This document shows positions 19,560-30,584 of a DNA stretch of 64,000 nt, piece by piece. The notes under the pieces were generated by a model, which was not told where the DNA came from, made no database searches, and saw only the letters and a list, made by a program, of their open reading frames with translations. Location of the stretch: positions 11,501 to 75,500 of IMG/VR virus record IMGVR_UViG_3300035505_000313, one strand, 5' to 3'. The position numbers and the translations under genes are program-made. How positions within the stretch are numbered: position 1 is the stretch's first letter; the number at the start of each line of letters is the position of its first letter. The stretch comes from a virus (taxonomy: Duplodnaviria > Caudoviricetes).

Positions 19560-19911
19560 AAGTAAGTTCCTCCTTTCGTTTTTAATTTTCTAATAATAAA
19601 AGTCCTTTGTTGTTAATATCACATGGATGGAAGTTGATTAATTTTATTGAATCTTCAATAAAATCAATAGCATCATCTGCACTTTTAAATTTCTTAGGTA
19701 AATAAACAAATCCTTCATCATTACCCTTCACAAGTAACAGTTAAATGAAATTTCTTGGTTTCTTCTTGTTTCATAAAATAAATTCCTCCTTTTTTTTACT
19801 ATAAGTTTTATTATAAAATGCTTTTTAATAATATATATTTAAGGAAATTTTTAGAATGTTAAACTCTATGAACAAAATAATATAAAAATATATAGAAAGG
19901 AATAAGGAATT

Positions 19912-20856
19912 ATGAAGCATTTAGGAGATACTTTCTTGTATAAGAAGACAAAAGTTAATAACTTTACTAAAGAAGTTGCTAAAATTAACTTCAATACAGA
20001 AAGAGTTGATATTAAAGAGATTGAAGAAAATCTAAAGATTATCTCAAGAAGATTTGCTTATTCTTTGAAAACTCAAGCTATCCAAAACCTTGAGAATGAC
20101 CGTACAATTTGTATTTATCCTAATGATAATACCCTTACAAAGACGCTTCCAGTATTCTTAAAGTCTAATCCAAAAGTAGATGGTGGCATATCTGCTATCG
20201 TAAACTTAAGATTGCATGGAACTAGGACTAAGGATGGTTATATCAGTATAGATAACCGAACATTGTATGGGTTATTAGAGGATGCTCTTATTTACAGATA
20301 TCTTTGGCTTAACTGGGGACAATTCGAGTATAACACACAGATTATGAGATTGTCTACTAAAATATATGTGAAACTGTTTAATAAGATTCTGGATAGATTA
20401 TTTGGTTTGAACTTATCACCAACTGAATCAGACCAGATTAACTACTGTATCGGTAAGTTTTTCTTGCTTGGTATCATAGAAAAACCTGCAAGTGATATAG
20501 TAAATGACTTAGCTTATTCATGTATCTTCAATCAATCTACTAAGAATATGGTAATTGGTTGTGACGATGAATTTTCAAATGAAGCTTATTTAGATATAAA
20601 TGAATTTATAGGAAATCTTAGAGAAAGATTTCCGATTTTATCTAAGCTTAACATGAGGAAATTCCTTGAAACTTGGATGACTATGTTTGGTGATGCTAGT
20701 ATGTTTGCTATGGAATATTATCCATCTTTACTAGAAATGGTATTCTGCGGAGCTATTATAGGTTGCAGATTAACTGCTAAAGATAGCTTTATAGATAACT
20801 TAGTTGGTAAGGATGCTTTAAGCTTACATACTGAAATTTCTAAATTAATAAAGTAA
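19912..20856 (+). CDS. Probable virion structural protein
   Basis: First gene of the plus-strand structural operon, behind an AACA-N6-TA motif. The function is inferred from context only. Confidence 0.45.
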   Translation: MKHLGDTFLYKKTKVNNFTKEVAKINFNTERVDIKEIEENLKIISRRFAYSLKTQAIQNLENDRTICIYPNDNTLTKTLPVFLKSNPKVDGGISAIVNLRLHGTRTKDGYISIDNRTLYGLLEDALIYRYLWLNWGQFEYNTQIMRLSTKIYVKLFNKILDRLFGLNLSPTESDQINYCIGKFFLLGIIEKPASDIVNDLAYSCIFNQSTKNMVIGCDDEFSNEAYLDINEFIGNLRERFPILSKLNMRKFLETWMTMFGDASMFAMEYYPSLLEMVFCGAIIGCRLTAKDSFIDNLVGKDALSLHTEISKLIK

Positions 20857-20870
20857 GGAGGATAAGAATA

Positions 20871-23800
20871 ATGCCTAATAATAGTAACGACTCTAATGAG
20901 AGTGTTATTGAGCCTGAAGAATTAGATTTAGACTATAATGAAGATGAAGATAACGAAACAGAAGACACTGAAGATTCTTATCTTGATAGCATGGGTGATG
21001 ATACATTAGAAGATGATGATACCGAAATCATTGATGAAACTCCATCAGGTTCTACACCAGATACTAGTGAAGAAGAAGATGTTGATTTCAAAGAAGATGA
21101 AGATAGGTATAATGATTCTGGTGATGTTATTAATACACTTGGAGAGCTTGTAGATTATGAATATACCTATTCAGTATCTAAGGAATCTGCAGTAGATAAG
21201 TATAAGAAGAAGATTAAACCTTATACTAATAACACACAGTTGTTAGAGAATCTTCAAAAGATGATTAATATTGATATCGACTATATCAGAAAGTTTATGG
21301 TAGCATCATCACGTATTGCATACCAGAGAGATTGGACACTTGATGTAGTTGATAAGTATGTATACAAAGAGACTTTCAATAATGATAGTCACTTATATAA
21401 CTTTCATGAAGATAAAGTTATGTTGGTTTATGCTGATTATACAGTTTTTTCTCAGCATTATGACTTTAAGCTTTATGTATATCACAATGGTAAATTACTT
21501 AGTGACAAGTATTACTTTGATGTACCATCTGATAAGCATTACAACTTCAAGAGTGGAATGAGAAGACTTTTCATTGAGAAAGAGATTTTTTCTGATGGAG
21601 ATAAGATTTCTATTGTTGTTAAGAAGATGAAGAAACTTACTTCATATCAGCAGTATATTCACATTGATAACGTATCTATCGTTGACTATAAGTTTGATAA
21701 AAGGTCTATTGGTGATTTCAATGGTCTTGTAGAAAACTTAGTTGTATTCAAAAAATACAATACTGCAGAGAGTACATTCATGTTAGTAGACCCTGACTTT
21801 TACAGTATTGTAGAAGATGGTAATTATTTATGGTTTACTATTAATGAAGATGTTACTCTGGATAGTTCATATGTGATTATAAATACATTGAAAGAGCTTG
21901 AGATTAAGTATACTACAACTGAAGAAGTTGATAATGAATTATCTGATGCTGAAAATGATGGAAAGCTTACTAGAGATGATTACCTTAAGCATGAAGCTAC
22001 ATTACGTTATGATTTAGTAACTAATGTACAGATTGATAAGGGTACAAAAGCTATTGGTACAGCAGATAACATCATTGAGTATCTTCCATTACCAGTAAGT
22101 TGTGCTGAAGAAGTTGAATGTTATGTGAATGGATTAAGATTGATTCCTAATATTGACTTCAAAGTAGTTAGTGATGATGGAAGTCCTTATCAGATTGAAT
22201 TCTATGGAATCATTAAGCAAGGTTCTGAGATTCTTATCAGAAATAGAAATTTCATGGCTAATAAGTACTATGGTTTCTATAAGCATCTTAATGCTATTGA
22301 TGAAGAAGGATTTGTATCACTTGCTGAATTGATGTTACCTATATCTGAGCAATATATTGAAACCTTTATTGGTAGACGTAGAGTACCTGCTGCAGAAAAG
22401 AGATATGTTGCTGATACTATTATCAAATTTGATAATCAGACAGCTTTTAATAATTGTGAAATCTTCCCAGAGATTGAATTTATGCCTATGACGATTCAGG
22501 TATTATCATACTTCAATCAAGCAAAGCCTACATTACCTAGATTGGCTGATATCTATCGTGATGAACTTACAACTAACTGGTTGGAATATAATGACTTGAA
22601 TCCTAATACAGATACTAATGATGAAGTATATACTCAAGAGGAAATCTTCATGGGTAGAATCTGTAAGATTGAACTGTGGGCAAATCCGACAGTTGCTATT
22701 GAGGGTAGAGAACCTGAATTCACTGTTATTGGTAAGTATAATGATGACGACTATGGCATTGATATCACATCTTCATGTGAGATTTCAATGTTCAATAAGT
22801 TCCAGTTAGGAACTCAAGTTGTTACAGCTTACTATAAAGAGGGTGGTGTAGAATACTCTGATAGTGTAGAGATTGAAGTTATATATAAAGGGCTTGTCAA
22901 TATCAACATTGTTACAGCTACTAATCTTTATATTATCGGTGATACGATTAAAGATGGTGTATCAGTTGTTGCTACATTTGAAGATGGTTCTACTCAAGTT
23001 GTTACAGATAGATGTACCATTGATTGTCCGTTAACTGCTAGAGAAGTAGGTGCAGAGACAATTAAGGTTTCATTCGAATACAATAATCAGACCATTACAG
23101 CTACTAAGTCAGTCTTAGTTAGTGATGCTTCTGATAGAAAGATTGATAGTATCGAAGTAGTTCTTGATAACTATGTTAAGGATGATACTTCTAATTACAG
23201 TACTATGAAATTCTTTGCTAAGTTTAATAATAACTTTGTACAAGAACTTGACCCAGAGTGTATGGATGTTTACTTAGTATCTAATGATTCAACTAAAGCT
23301 GATACATTGATTGAAGATATCAGTAATGTATCACTTCCTTTAAATGAAGATGTTAGACTTAGAGTTGACCTTTATACATCATCTGAAAAAGCAGAGCTTA
23401 TTCCTTATGTTAAGGATGGAGTTCAATACATCACTATTCGTGTACTTAGAAATGATATTGATAGCCAGAGCAGACTTATCATCTTTGATAATTCTGTATA
23501 TTCTATTTCACAGGATTATACAATTCCTGAAGGTGCTAAGTATTATCGTATTAAGGATGCTAGTACAGGAATTTATGTATCCGTTGGTGAAAATGAGGTT
23601 GGTGAAGATGCTATCGGATTTGCTAATCTTGAAAATGACCAGTTACTTATTGTTGAATTCCTTAATGAAGAACATGAGAACATTGAACAACTTTTGTTTA
23701 AGGCTAGAAGTGCAGTTTACTATAAAGAGACTGTACATGCTAACATGGTTGGTAGTGTTACTCAAGGATTCACAGTTCAAGTTAACAAGATTTCTCTTGG

Positions 23801-24464
23801 AAAAGAGTTAGTTGATATTGACTTAGATAATGTAACTCTGTTAAATGCAGATAATGAAGTTATCTGTAAATTCAATAACCTTAAAGGTGATACTGTTAGA
23901 GAATCTGACAATGTTATCTGCTTCCACTTCTATGACTTTAATACAACAGATGGTAGTGTTACTGTCATTGCTGATTACTTATACAATCATCCTGATGATG
24001 AAGTATTTGTATTGGATATTCTTAACTGTGATAAACAGGTTAGTGTTAAACTTCCAAATACCAATATTACTAAGGTTGGTTGGAATAAGATGTCATTTGA
24101 AGTTGATAATGAAGGAAACTACTATCTAAATATTACACCTGATACAAGCTATATTGATTACTCTAACAAGATTAAGTTCTTGACAACTTATGAAGCTAGA
24201 CCTAATATCAATAATCTGCTTCATGTTGAAGGTTATAATGTTGCTAAGATATTAGCTGATACAACCTTTGAATTATTAGTACCTAAGACACGTTATGGTG
24301 TCAATAAATACATCTTTGTATATACAGATAAATCTGAAAATGAATACTATATTACTATGGATGTTACTATTGGTTTGGATGCTAATAACAAGGTTAGAGT
24401 TACTCATGTCAATGGTCAATTTATTAATTCTGATGATTACTTTAATGCAAGCATTAATCAGTAG
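20871..24464 (+). CDS. Large virion/tail protein with Ig-like domains and an acidic N-terminus
   Basis: 1197 aa. Contains YVNGLRLIPNIDF and tandem Ig-like (Big_3-style) segments such as V.ATFEDGSTQVVT...VGAETIKVSFE. Confidence 0.55.
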   Translation: MPNNSNDSNESVIEPEELDLDYNEDEDNETEDTEDSYLDSMGDDTLEDDDTEIIDETPSGSTPDTSEEEDVDFKEDEDRYNDSGDVINTLGELVDYEYTYSVSKESAVDKYKKKIKPYTNNTQLLENLQKMINIDIDYIRKFMVASSRIAYQRDWTLDVVDKYVYKETFNNDSHLYNFHEDKVMLVYADYTVFSQHYDFKLYVYHNGKLLSDKYYFDVPSDKHYNFKSGMRRLFIEKEIFSDGDKISIVVKKMKKLTSYQQYIHIDNVSIVDYKFDKRSIGDFNGLVENLVVFKKYNTAESTFMLVDPDFYSIVEDGNYLWFTINEDVTLDSSYVIINTLKELEIKYTTTEEVDNELSDAENDGKLTRDDYLKHEATLRYDLVTNVQIDKGTKAIGTADNIIEYLPLPVSCAEEVECYVNGLRLIPNIDFKVVSDDGSPYQIEFYGIIKQGSEILIRNRNFMANKYYGFYKHLNAIDEEGFVSLAELMLPISEQYIETFIGRRRVPAAEKRYVADTIIKFDNQTAFNNCEIFPEIEFMPMTIQVLSYFNQAKPTLPRLADIYRDELTTNWLEYNDLNPNTDTNDEVYTQEEIFMGRICKIELWANPTVAIEGREPEFTVIGKYNDDDYGIDITSSCEISMFNKFQLGTQVVTAYYKEGGVEYSDSVEIEVIYKGLVNINIVTATNLYIIGDTIKDGVSVVATFEDGSTQVVTDRCTIDCPLTAREVGAETIKVSFEYNNQTITATKSVLVSDASDRKIDSIEVVLDNYVKDDTSNYSTMKFFAKFNNNFVQELDPECMDVYLVSNDSTKADTLIEDISNVSLPLNEDVRLRVDLYTSSEKAELIPYVKDGVQYITIRVLRNDIDSQSRLIIFDNSVYSISQDYTIPEGAKYYRIKDASTGIYVSVGENEVGEDAIGFANLENDQLLIVEFLNEEHENIEQLLFKARSAVYYKETVHANMVGSVTQGFTVQVNKISLGKELVDIDLDNVTLLNADNEVICKFNNLKGDTVRESDNVICFHFYDFNTTDGSVTVIADYLYNHPDDEVFVLDILNCDKQVSVKLPNTNITKVGWNKMSFEVDNEGNYYLNITPDTSYIDYSNKIKFLTTYEARPNINNLLHVEGYNVAKILADTTFELLVPKTRYGVNKYIFVYTDKSENEYYITMDVTIGLDANNKVRVTHVNGQFINSDDYFNASINQ

Positions 24465-24481
24465 AGAGAAAGGAAGATATT

Positions 24482-24760
24482 ATGACAACTAATGAGAGTT
24501 TTGTAATTTATGTAGAACCTACTATAGTTGGCTGTAAATTATCCTTATCTGTACTTGAAAATAAAACTTACTCTAGTTGGGCGGTTAAAGACGCTTTTAA
24601 TGGCTTAACTAGAGAAGTTTCAATAGATGAAAGTATTGAAGGGTTCTTCACAGCAAATTCAATGGTAGACCTTTATATTTTTGATAATAACCATAAGAAT
24701 TCTATTATCAAGAATGTCAAAATCTTAGAGAAGAATGATGAGGTGAGTGAGAATGTATAA
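24482..24760 (+). CDS. Hypothetical protein in the structural operon
   Basis: 92 aa with RBS. Confidence 0.55.
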   Translation: MTTNESFVIYVEPTIVGCKLSLSVLENKTYSSWAVKDAFNGLTREVSIDESIEGFFTANSMVDLYIFDNNHKNSIIKNVKILEKNDEVSENV

Positions 24761-26297
24761 GAATAGTATGGATGGTGCAACCATTATGTTTATTGGTGAC
24801 ACTTATTGTAAAGCTTATAATATCTCTTACCTTAATGCAAACTACAATAAGATTATGTGTAATCTTCAAAGTGTTAAGAAGATTTATTATAAATGCAATG
24901 AATCCAGAAACAGTTGGATTAACTATAAGAAAGCATTAGTTAAAGAACAGAATAAGAATCTTTCTTATATTGAAAGAATCTTACGAGGTCTTAAGAATGA
25001 TTTCTTATCTGAAGAAGAGTTTCAGGATATGCCTGAATGTGAGTATACTGATTATTGTGGATTTACTTATACAATAGGTGCAAGAGATGGTTTAGATGAT
25101 GCTACATCTGTTAAACAACTTAAGCAGATTTATCAGAACAATATTCAGAAGAAGATTGAGTATGATGTTAATGAAGAATGTTATAGACTTACTGTTAACT
25201 TTAGAACTCCTATTGATGACAGTTTAGTTACATTCAATGGCTTATTTGAACCATTTGAAAGAATTAAGGATGCTAAGAAGACTACTATGATTGTCTATTA
25301 TGAAAGAGACGGTCTTGTATTCCCTAAAGATAGTGATGGAAACTATAAGGAAGATTGGTGTTATATCTTACCTTATGTTTGGAATGGTGTCACTATTGAT
25401 GAGGAATTCATCTATCCAATTAGGAGAGAAGATGAATGGTTAGTCTTCAATGAAGAAATTGATTCTAGTTATTTGATTGTATATAATAAGTGCTTATATC
25501 AATATGAAGTGAATAAGTATGATTCACATTACATTAAGATTGGTGGTGGCATTGATATCGGTAATTCTAACAACTTTAAGTTAGAAGATATCTATGCTAT
25601 TAAGCTTAGAAGTGAAGATGACCAGTTGATTAAGCAACAGAAGTTAATTGGCTTCTATAATGAACATGATGATACAGTATACTTCCCAGAAAGTATTGAA
25701 AATGCATTGATTACCTATAATGGTATTCATCATAGCTATATGATTAAGCCTAATAGGAAATCAATTAAGTTTAAGATTCCAGGTGACCTTGTATTAGATA
25801 CTATTACAGGTGTTGACGAAGAATCTCATATCATTGCAGTTAACTTGTATACTGGACCTTCTCCTGTAGCTGCAGTAGATTTCCCATCTTCAGATTTAGC
25901 TAGAGCTGCTAATCAGATGATTGATATCTATCGTAATAAGCTTAAGCAAGCTGAAGACAGAGTTACTGCATTGGAGAAGACTAGAGATTTGATTTATGAT
26001 GACTTTAATGAACAATTAGAGTTCTCTTATGATAATCCTACTACATTTACATTAAGTTATATTCCAGACCCTAAGTCTTTACGTTTGTATATTAATAATG
26101 TTGAGTATGAGAAAGATATTTACTTTACTTATGATGCAGACAATAAGTCTATTGAGTGGATATTTACTGAAATGAATGATGGTTTTGACTTATCTCCTGA
26201 AATGGAAATCAATGTTGTTTACGATTTGTACTATTCTGTGAATAATATAACAGATATAGATACATTTAAAGAATATATTGATTCTGTACAGTCATAA
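24747..26297 (+). CDS. Probable virion structural protein
   Basis: C-terminal LYINNVEY...IEWIFTEMNDGFDL...INVVY module is shared with 29089-30540. Confidence 0.5.
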   Translation: MRMYKNSMDGATIMFIGDTYCKAYNISYLNANYNKIMCNLQSVKKIYYKCNESRNSWINYKKALVKEQNKNLSYIERILRGLKNDFLSEEEFQDMPECEYTDYCGFTYTIGARDGLDDATSVKQLKQIYQNNIQKKIEYDVNEECYRLTVNFRTPIDDSLVTFNGLFEPFERIKDAKKTTMIVYYERDGLVFPKDSDGNYKEDWCYILPYVWNGVTIDEEFIYPIRREDEWLVFNEEIDSSYLIVYNKCLYQYEVNKYDSHYIKIGGGIDIGNSNNFKLEDIYAIKLRSEDDQLIKQQKLIGFYNEHDDTVYFPESIENALITYNGIHHSYMIKPNRKSIKFKIPGDLVLDTITGVDEESHIIAVNLYTGPSPVAAVDFPSSDLARAANQMIDIYRNKLKQAEDRVTALEKTRDLIYDDFNEQLEFSYDNPTTFTLSYIPDPKSLRLYINNVEYEKDIYFTYDADNKSIEWIFTEMNDGFDLSPEMEINVVYDLYYSVNNITDIDTFKEYIDSVQS

Positions 26298-26315
26298 CAA
26301 ATAAATAAGAAGATA

Positions 26316-26346
26316 TAGGCATAGGAAGTATTTCTTCCTATGCCTA
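26316..26346 (+). terminator. Intrinsic terminator
   Basis: 13 bp stem TAGGCATAGGAAG/CTTCCTATGCCTA followed by CTTTT. Confidence 0.7.
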
Positions 26347-26390
26347 CTTTTATTTTATTTCATTACATTATTATTTTATATCAAAGGTAG

Positions 26391-27134
26391 GTGAATCATA
26401 TGCCATATAATTATAAAGGCAAGACAGCATCACCTAAAAATCAAAAGTTGATAAGCTTAGACCAATTAGCTGATGGAAAGGCTATTTCCAAAGCATTGTC
26501 TAAAATTGAAGAAATTGCAGGATTAGTAAAAGCTAAAGAATTAGAGAATGTTAGAACTAAAGATGAAGCTATTACTATGGACGATTTAGGTCAAGATGTC
26601 ATTGATTTACTTGAAGGTAATCGAGATGATTCATATTTACGTAAGAAAATAGCTTCTCTTGAGAAACTTCTTATAGGTAAAATGGATAGAACAGACCTCT
26701 TAGGATATCGTAAAAATGCAGTTCCTATCAACAAAGGTGATTTAGATGCATCCCTTATTAAATTTATCGAAGATACTCCTAAAAATTACTTTGATAGTAC
26801 TGTAAATTCTCAGATTGCTTCATTGAAAACATCTAAAGCAAATAAGAGTGACACTGGATGTGTCAGTGAATTAACACATGACTTTAAAAATATTCTTGAG
26901 AATGAATATGGTGAAGTCAATCTTGTTAATGCTTTGAATTATATTTTTAAGCTGAATGTGAATTATTACAGCGTTGAAGATAGTGGATATCTTGAAGTTG
27001 ATAATGAAAATGTGACAGTGGAAGTAGTAGATTCTGGTGTTATTTCAGATGATGATGACCCATCTACTCAGAATGTAGAAGTTCACGACTTCGGTACATT
27101 ATTCCCTGAAGATTCTACGATTCAATACGAATAA
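26391..27134 (+). CDS. Tail-fibre-associated protein
   Basis: DDSYLRKKIASLE and LVNALN fibre-type motifs; upstream of the fibre gene. Confidence 0.45.
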   Translation: MNHMPYNYKGKTASPKNQKLISLDQLADGKAISKALSKIEEIAGLVKAKELENVRTKDEAITMDDLGQDVIDLLEGNRDDSYLRKKIASLEKLLIGKMDRTDLLGYRKNAVPINKGDLDASLIKFIEDTPKNYFDSTVNSQIASLKTSKANKSDTGCVSELTHDFKNILENEYGEVNLVNALNYIFKLNVNYYSVEDSGYLEVDNENVTVEVVDSGVISDDDDPSTQNVEVHDFGTLFPEDSTIQYE

Positions 27135-27157
27135 AATTGAAAGGTTGGTGTAAATAA

Positions 27158-29074
27158 ATGGGTGATTATGCTAAGGCATACCTTTTACGTAAAGGTACTG
27201 CAGAAGAACATAAAAAATTTACTGGTCTCCTTTCTGAGTTAACATTTGATACTACGAATAATAGACCAGTTGCTCACGATGGAAAAACCAAAGGTGGTTT
27301 TTCTCTCGCTTTATTGCAAGATATTATTGGATTAGCTTCAGAAGCATGGGTTAGTGAAAACTTTAGAAGTGCTAATGAGAAGATTTCCATTGATGATATC
27401 AGTGACGAATTAACTAGTATTCTTTCTTCTGAATATGATGATTCCGTACTTACTGCAACTATTGAGGAAATTAAAGCTCAAATGGTTACACAGGAAAGTC
27501 TTGGTAACTTTGTTACTAAAGAAGCTCTTGAAGGAATTACAGTATCTCAGTTGGATGCTAGTTTGCAAAGAAAGATTAATTCAATTATTGAGAATGGAGA
27601 ACTCCGTTTATCTAATATTGAAATGTCCTATTTAACTAAGGATGCGTTAAATAGTGTAATGAGTGGCTTCTTAACTGTTACATCTAAGATTGGTATTGGC
27701 AACTTAGATGACAGTATTGTTACTTTACTAAGTGAAGCACAGAGTAATACATCTAGTATTGGTGTGCTTAGTGCATCATTAGAAAGGCTTCAGCAAGAAG
27801 TTAATGATAGTGAGATAGGTGACTTCACTCAGCTTACTTCTAAGATAAATGAAATCGAGAGTAAGATTGAAAAGAACGCTCTTGTCTATGATGACACAGA
27901 GATTCGTAATAATCTTGAATCTCTTAGTAACATCGTAAATACAGCTAATGCTGCTATTGAAATCCTTAATAAAGAAGTTAAGGATAATGTTTATGATGAT
28001 ACTCCTATCAAAGACCAGATTAATGATATTTATGCTAAGCTTAATGATTTAGACTTAGGTGATTATGATGATTCAGCTTTACGTCTGTCTATTAATAATC
28101 TGTCTAAAGAAAATGAGACTATGGCTGCAAATATCAATACTTTGAATAATCAATATAAAAATCTTGTTACTAAGATTAGTGAAATCCAATCAAAGGGTTA
28201 TGATGATAGTGAGCTTAAAAAGAGCCTTGAAGACCTGACTAGTAATGTAGCAGACATCTTAAATGAATTAGATGGATACAATAGCAAGATTAGTACATTG
28301 GACTTCAATGTATCTGATATTACAGCTAGATTGAATTCTATTTCTTCTGACTATATTAACTTCTCTGCTTCTGTAGAATCTGCAGTTAATGAAGTTAGTA
28401 ACTTAGTTAAAGTAATTAATGGATTACAATCTACAGTAGATAATATGCAGCTTGAAATTACTTATCTTAAAGATGTAGTTAAACAGCTTCAAGATACAAC
28501 ATCACAACTGGTTGAAGCTGTGAATAATGGTAGTGATTCTAATATTGAACAGCCAGAATATCCTTCAGAACCTGTGATTCCTGAAGAACCAGATAATAGT
28601 GGTGAAGATAACAATGGAGGGGATACAGAAGTGCCTGACAATAATGACAATACTGTTACTGAACCAGAAATTCCATCTAGTCCGACAGATGGTTTAGATG
28701 CTGTGGGTATCTGGTCTAATAAGTATGGTGAAACAGCTAAAACTGTATATGAAGGATTAGTTACAAACTTCAGAGGAGGATTCCTTGCTCTTAGCAAGTT
28801 TGAAGGTTGTCCTATTACTGATGCTCAAACTCTTGAAGATATGTTCTATGATGGTGACAAGGTTGAATTATGGTGTCTTGGACCAACAGGTTCAACTGTC
28901 AGTGTTAATCCGTCATATGTTCCTACAGATGAAGAAGGTGACACTGAGTTTACAGAGAGTGTAAATGTAGGTAAATACTTCTACAATGCTGGATGGGATA
29001 GAGATACATCTAGATGGTCTATTGAGCCTGGACGTACAGTTGACTATACAATCAAGCTTGTTATCTATAGTTAA
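27158..29074 (+). CDS. Tail fibre protein with Mtd-like N-terminal domain and YDD(S/T) coiled-coil repeats
   Basis: LRKGTAEEH..FTG...ELTFDT......HDGKTKGG N-terminus; five YDD(S/T)xxx repeats; Pro/acidic linker and a C-terminal globular domain. Confidence 0.7.
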   Translation: MGDYAKAYLLRKGTAEEHKKFTGLLSELTFDTTNNRPVAHDGKTKGGFSLALLQDIIGLASEAWVSENFRSANEKISIDDISDELTSILSSEYDDSVLTATIEEIKAQMVTQESLGNFVTKEALEGITVSQLDASLQRKINSIIENGELRLSNIEMSYLTKDALNSVMSGFLTVTSKIGIGNLDDSIVTLLSEAQSNTSSIGVLSASLERLQQEVNDSEIGDFTQLTSKINEIESKIEKNALVYDDTEIRNNLESLSNIVNTANAAIEILNKEVKDNVYDDTPIKDQINDIYAKLNDLDLGDYDDSALRLSINNLSKENETMAANINTLNNQYKNLVTKISEIQSKGYDDSELKKSLEDLTSNVADILNELDGYNSKISTLDFNVSDITARLNSISSDYINFSASVESAVNEVSNLVKVINGLQSTVDNMQLEITYLKDVVKQLQDTTSQLVEAVNNGSDSNIEQPEYPSEPVIPEEPDNSGEDNNGGDTEVPDNNDNTVTEPEIPSSPTDGLDAVGIWSNKYGETAKTVYEGLVTNFRGGFLALSKFEGCPITDAQTLEDMFYDGDKVELWCLGPTGSTVSVNPSYVPTDEEGDTEFTESVNVGKYFYNAGWDRDTSRWSIEPGRTVDYTIKLVIYS

Positions 29075-29088
29075 AAATAAAAGGAGGA

Positions 29089-30540
29089 ATGAAAGTTATG
29101 GCTGAAGAATGTCTTTGCAATGTGGTAGCTTCTGGATATGGTTATAGTAGTACCTATGATACTGATGGAAGTTGCCTTTGTAATACAGTTCGTGTAAGAA
29201 AATATCTTTCTACATATGGTTCTTGTGAAAGTGGAGTTATTGCTGGTTATGGTGGTTGTGGTGTAGATACTAGTTCATATAGTAGCTATGGAACTACAAA
29301 TAGCAATAATTCTTCTAGCAACTCATATAGCTCATGTGATGGAACTGTTTGCTCATGCAATTCTAGAAGTAAATTAACTTCTTATGCAGATAGTATTTAT
29401 GGTTCTTGTGGCTATTGTACATGTGATTCTAGAACAGGAACTAAATATGTAGCAGATACAGTGTATGGTAGTTCAAGTTCTTCAGTAACTTGCTCATGCA
29501 ACTCTAGAGTAACGACTACTTATAGTTCATGCGATAACACAAACACTGATACAAATAGTTCTTATGGTTTATGTGGTGATTATAGTTCTTGTAGTAATAC
29601 AAGTTCTTCTTGTTCATGCAACTCTAGAGTAACAAATACAACATCTTCAGGAAGCTCTTATAGTTCTTGTGGGGATTATGGTTCATGTGGTGGTTCTTAT
29701 AGTTCTTATGGTTCTTGTGGAACATATGCTAGTTATACATCATGTGGAACACCTTGTGCATGTAATTCTAGAACTCTTAAAGGTTCTTCTAATACAGATT
29801 CAGAGGATGATAAGACAACTGATGTTGTTGATATTCCAGAAGGAAAGAATATTCCTGAATTGACTGAAACAGATATTGAAGATGTTCAATATAATACACT
29901 TTGGGATACTACTGAAAACAACTCTAAGCTTCCTGCTACTTCTTCAAATAGAACTAATAAAGCTCTTAAGACTTCAAATAAGAGAATAATTACTGCTATT
30001 AATGAATTAGTAACAAGTAATTCAAGCTTAGACAAGAAGATTGACGAGTTTAATGAACGCTTCAATCAAGTAATGGGTAATGAAGTTACTGACCCATCAC
30101 TTCTTACTGATGTAAATGAGTTAGGTGGAAGTGCTTTAGCAGCTATTACAGGTCTGTATAATCTTCTTAAAGAATATGATACAAATCTTACTAAAGCAAC
30201 ACATGATATGCAGTCACTTAAAGCTGAATTGACTGAGAAGATTGAAAGTCTTGAAAGTTCAATTAGCAATGGTGGTGTATCAACAACTTCTACTGCTAAT
30301 ACAATTACAGAACTCGTTACTGAAGATAGATTTAATGAAGCAGCTCAGATGATTACATTAGCAGCTATTCCTAAAGATAGTTCTAATGTTAAGCTTTTAG
30401 TAAATAATGTACAGTATTTTGCTGGTGTTGACTTTATTGTTGATGGTGATAGCATTTACTGGGCATTTACAGAAAATAATGGTGGATTTAATCTTAATCT
30501 TACTAACTACGACATTCATGTTATTTATGAAGTTGGTTAA
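29089..30540 (+). CDS. Chimeric protein: Cys-rich CxCNSR repeats plus a tail-fibre-type C-terminal domain
   Basis: N-half has CSCNSR/CTCDSR/YGSCG repeats. C-half has LKTSNKRIITAINEL and VNNVQYFAGVDF...NGGFNL. Confidence 0.7.
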   Translation: MKVMAEECLCNVVASGYGYSSTYDTDGSCLCNTVRVRKYLSTYGSCESGVIAGYGGCGVDTSSYSSYGTTNSNNSSSNSYSSCDGTVCSCNSRSKLTSYADSIYGSCGYCTCDSRTGTKYVADTVYGSSSSSVTCSCNSRVTTTYSSCDNTNTDTNSSYGLCGDYSSCSNTSSSCSCNSRVTNTTSSGSSYSSCGDYGSCGGSYSSYGSCGTYASYTSCGTPCACNSRTLKGSSNTDSEDDKTTDVVDIPEGKNIPELTETDIEDVQYNTLWDTTENNSKLPATSSNRTNKALKTSNKRIITAINELVTSNSSLDKKIDEFNERFNQVMGNEVTDPSLLTDVNELGGSALAAITGLYNLLKEYDTNLTKATHDMQSLKAELTEKIESLESSISNGGVSTTSTANTITELVTEDRFNEAAQMITLAAIPKDSSNVKLLVNNVQYFAGVDFIVDGDSIYWAFTENNGGFNLNLTNYDIHVIYEVG

Positions 30541-30584
30541 TAAAAATGGAGGATATGGTAGAAATACCATATCCTCTTATATTT

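Noticed and set aside
27158-29074. Diversity-generating retroelement targeting the Mtd-like fibre
   Set aside because: Only the Mtd N-terminal motif is present. No reverse transcriptase or adenine-mismatched TR/VR pair was seen in the window.
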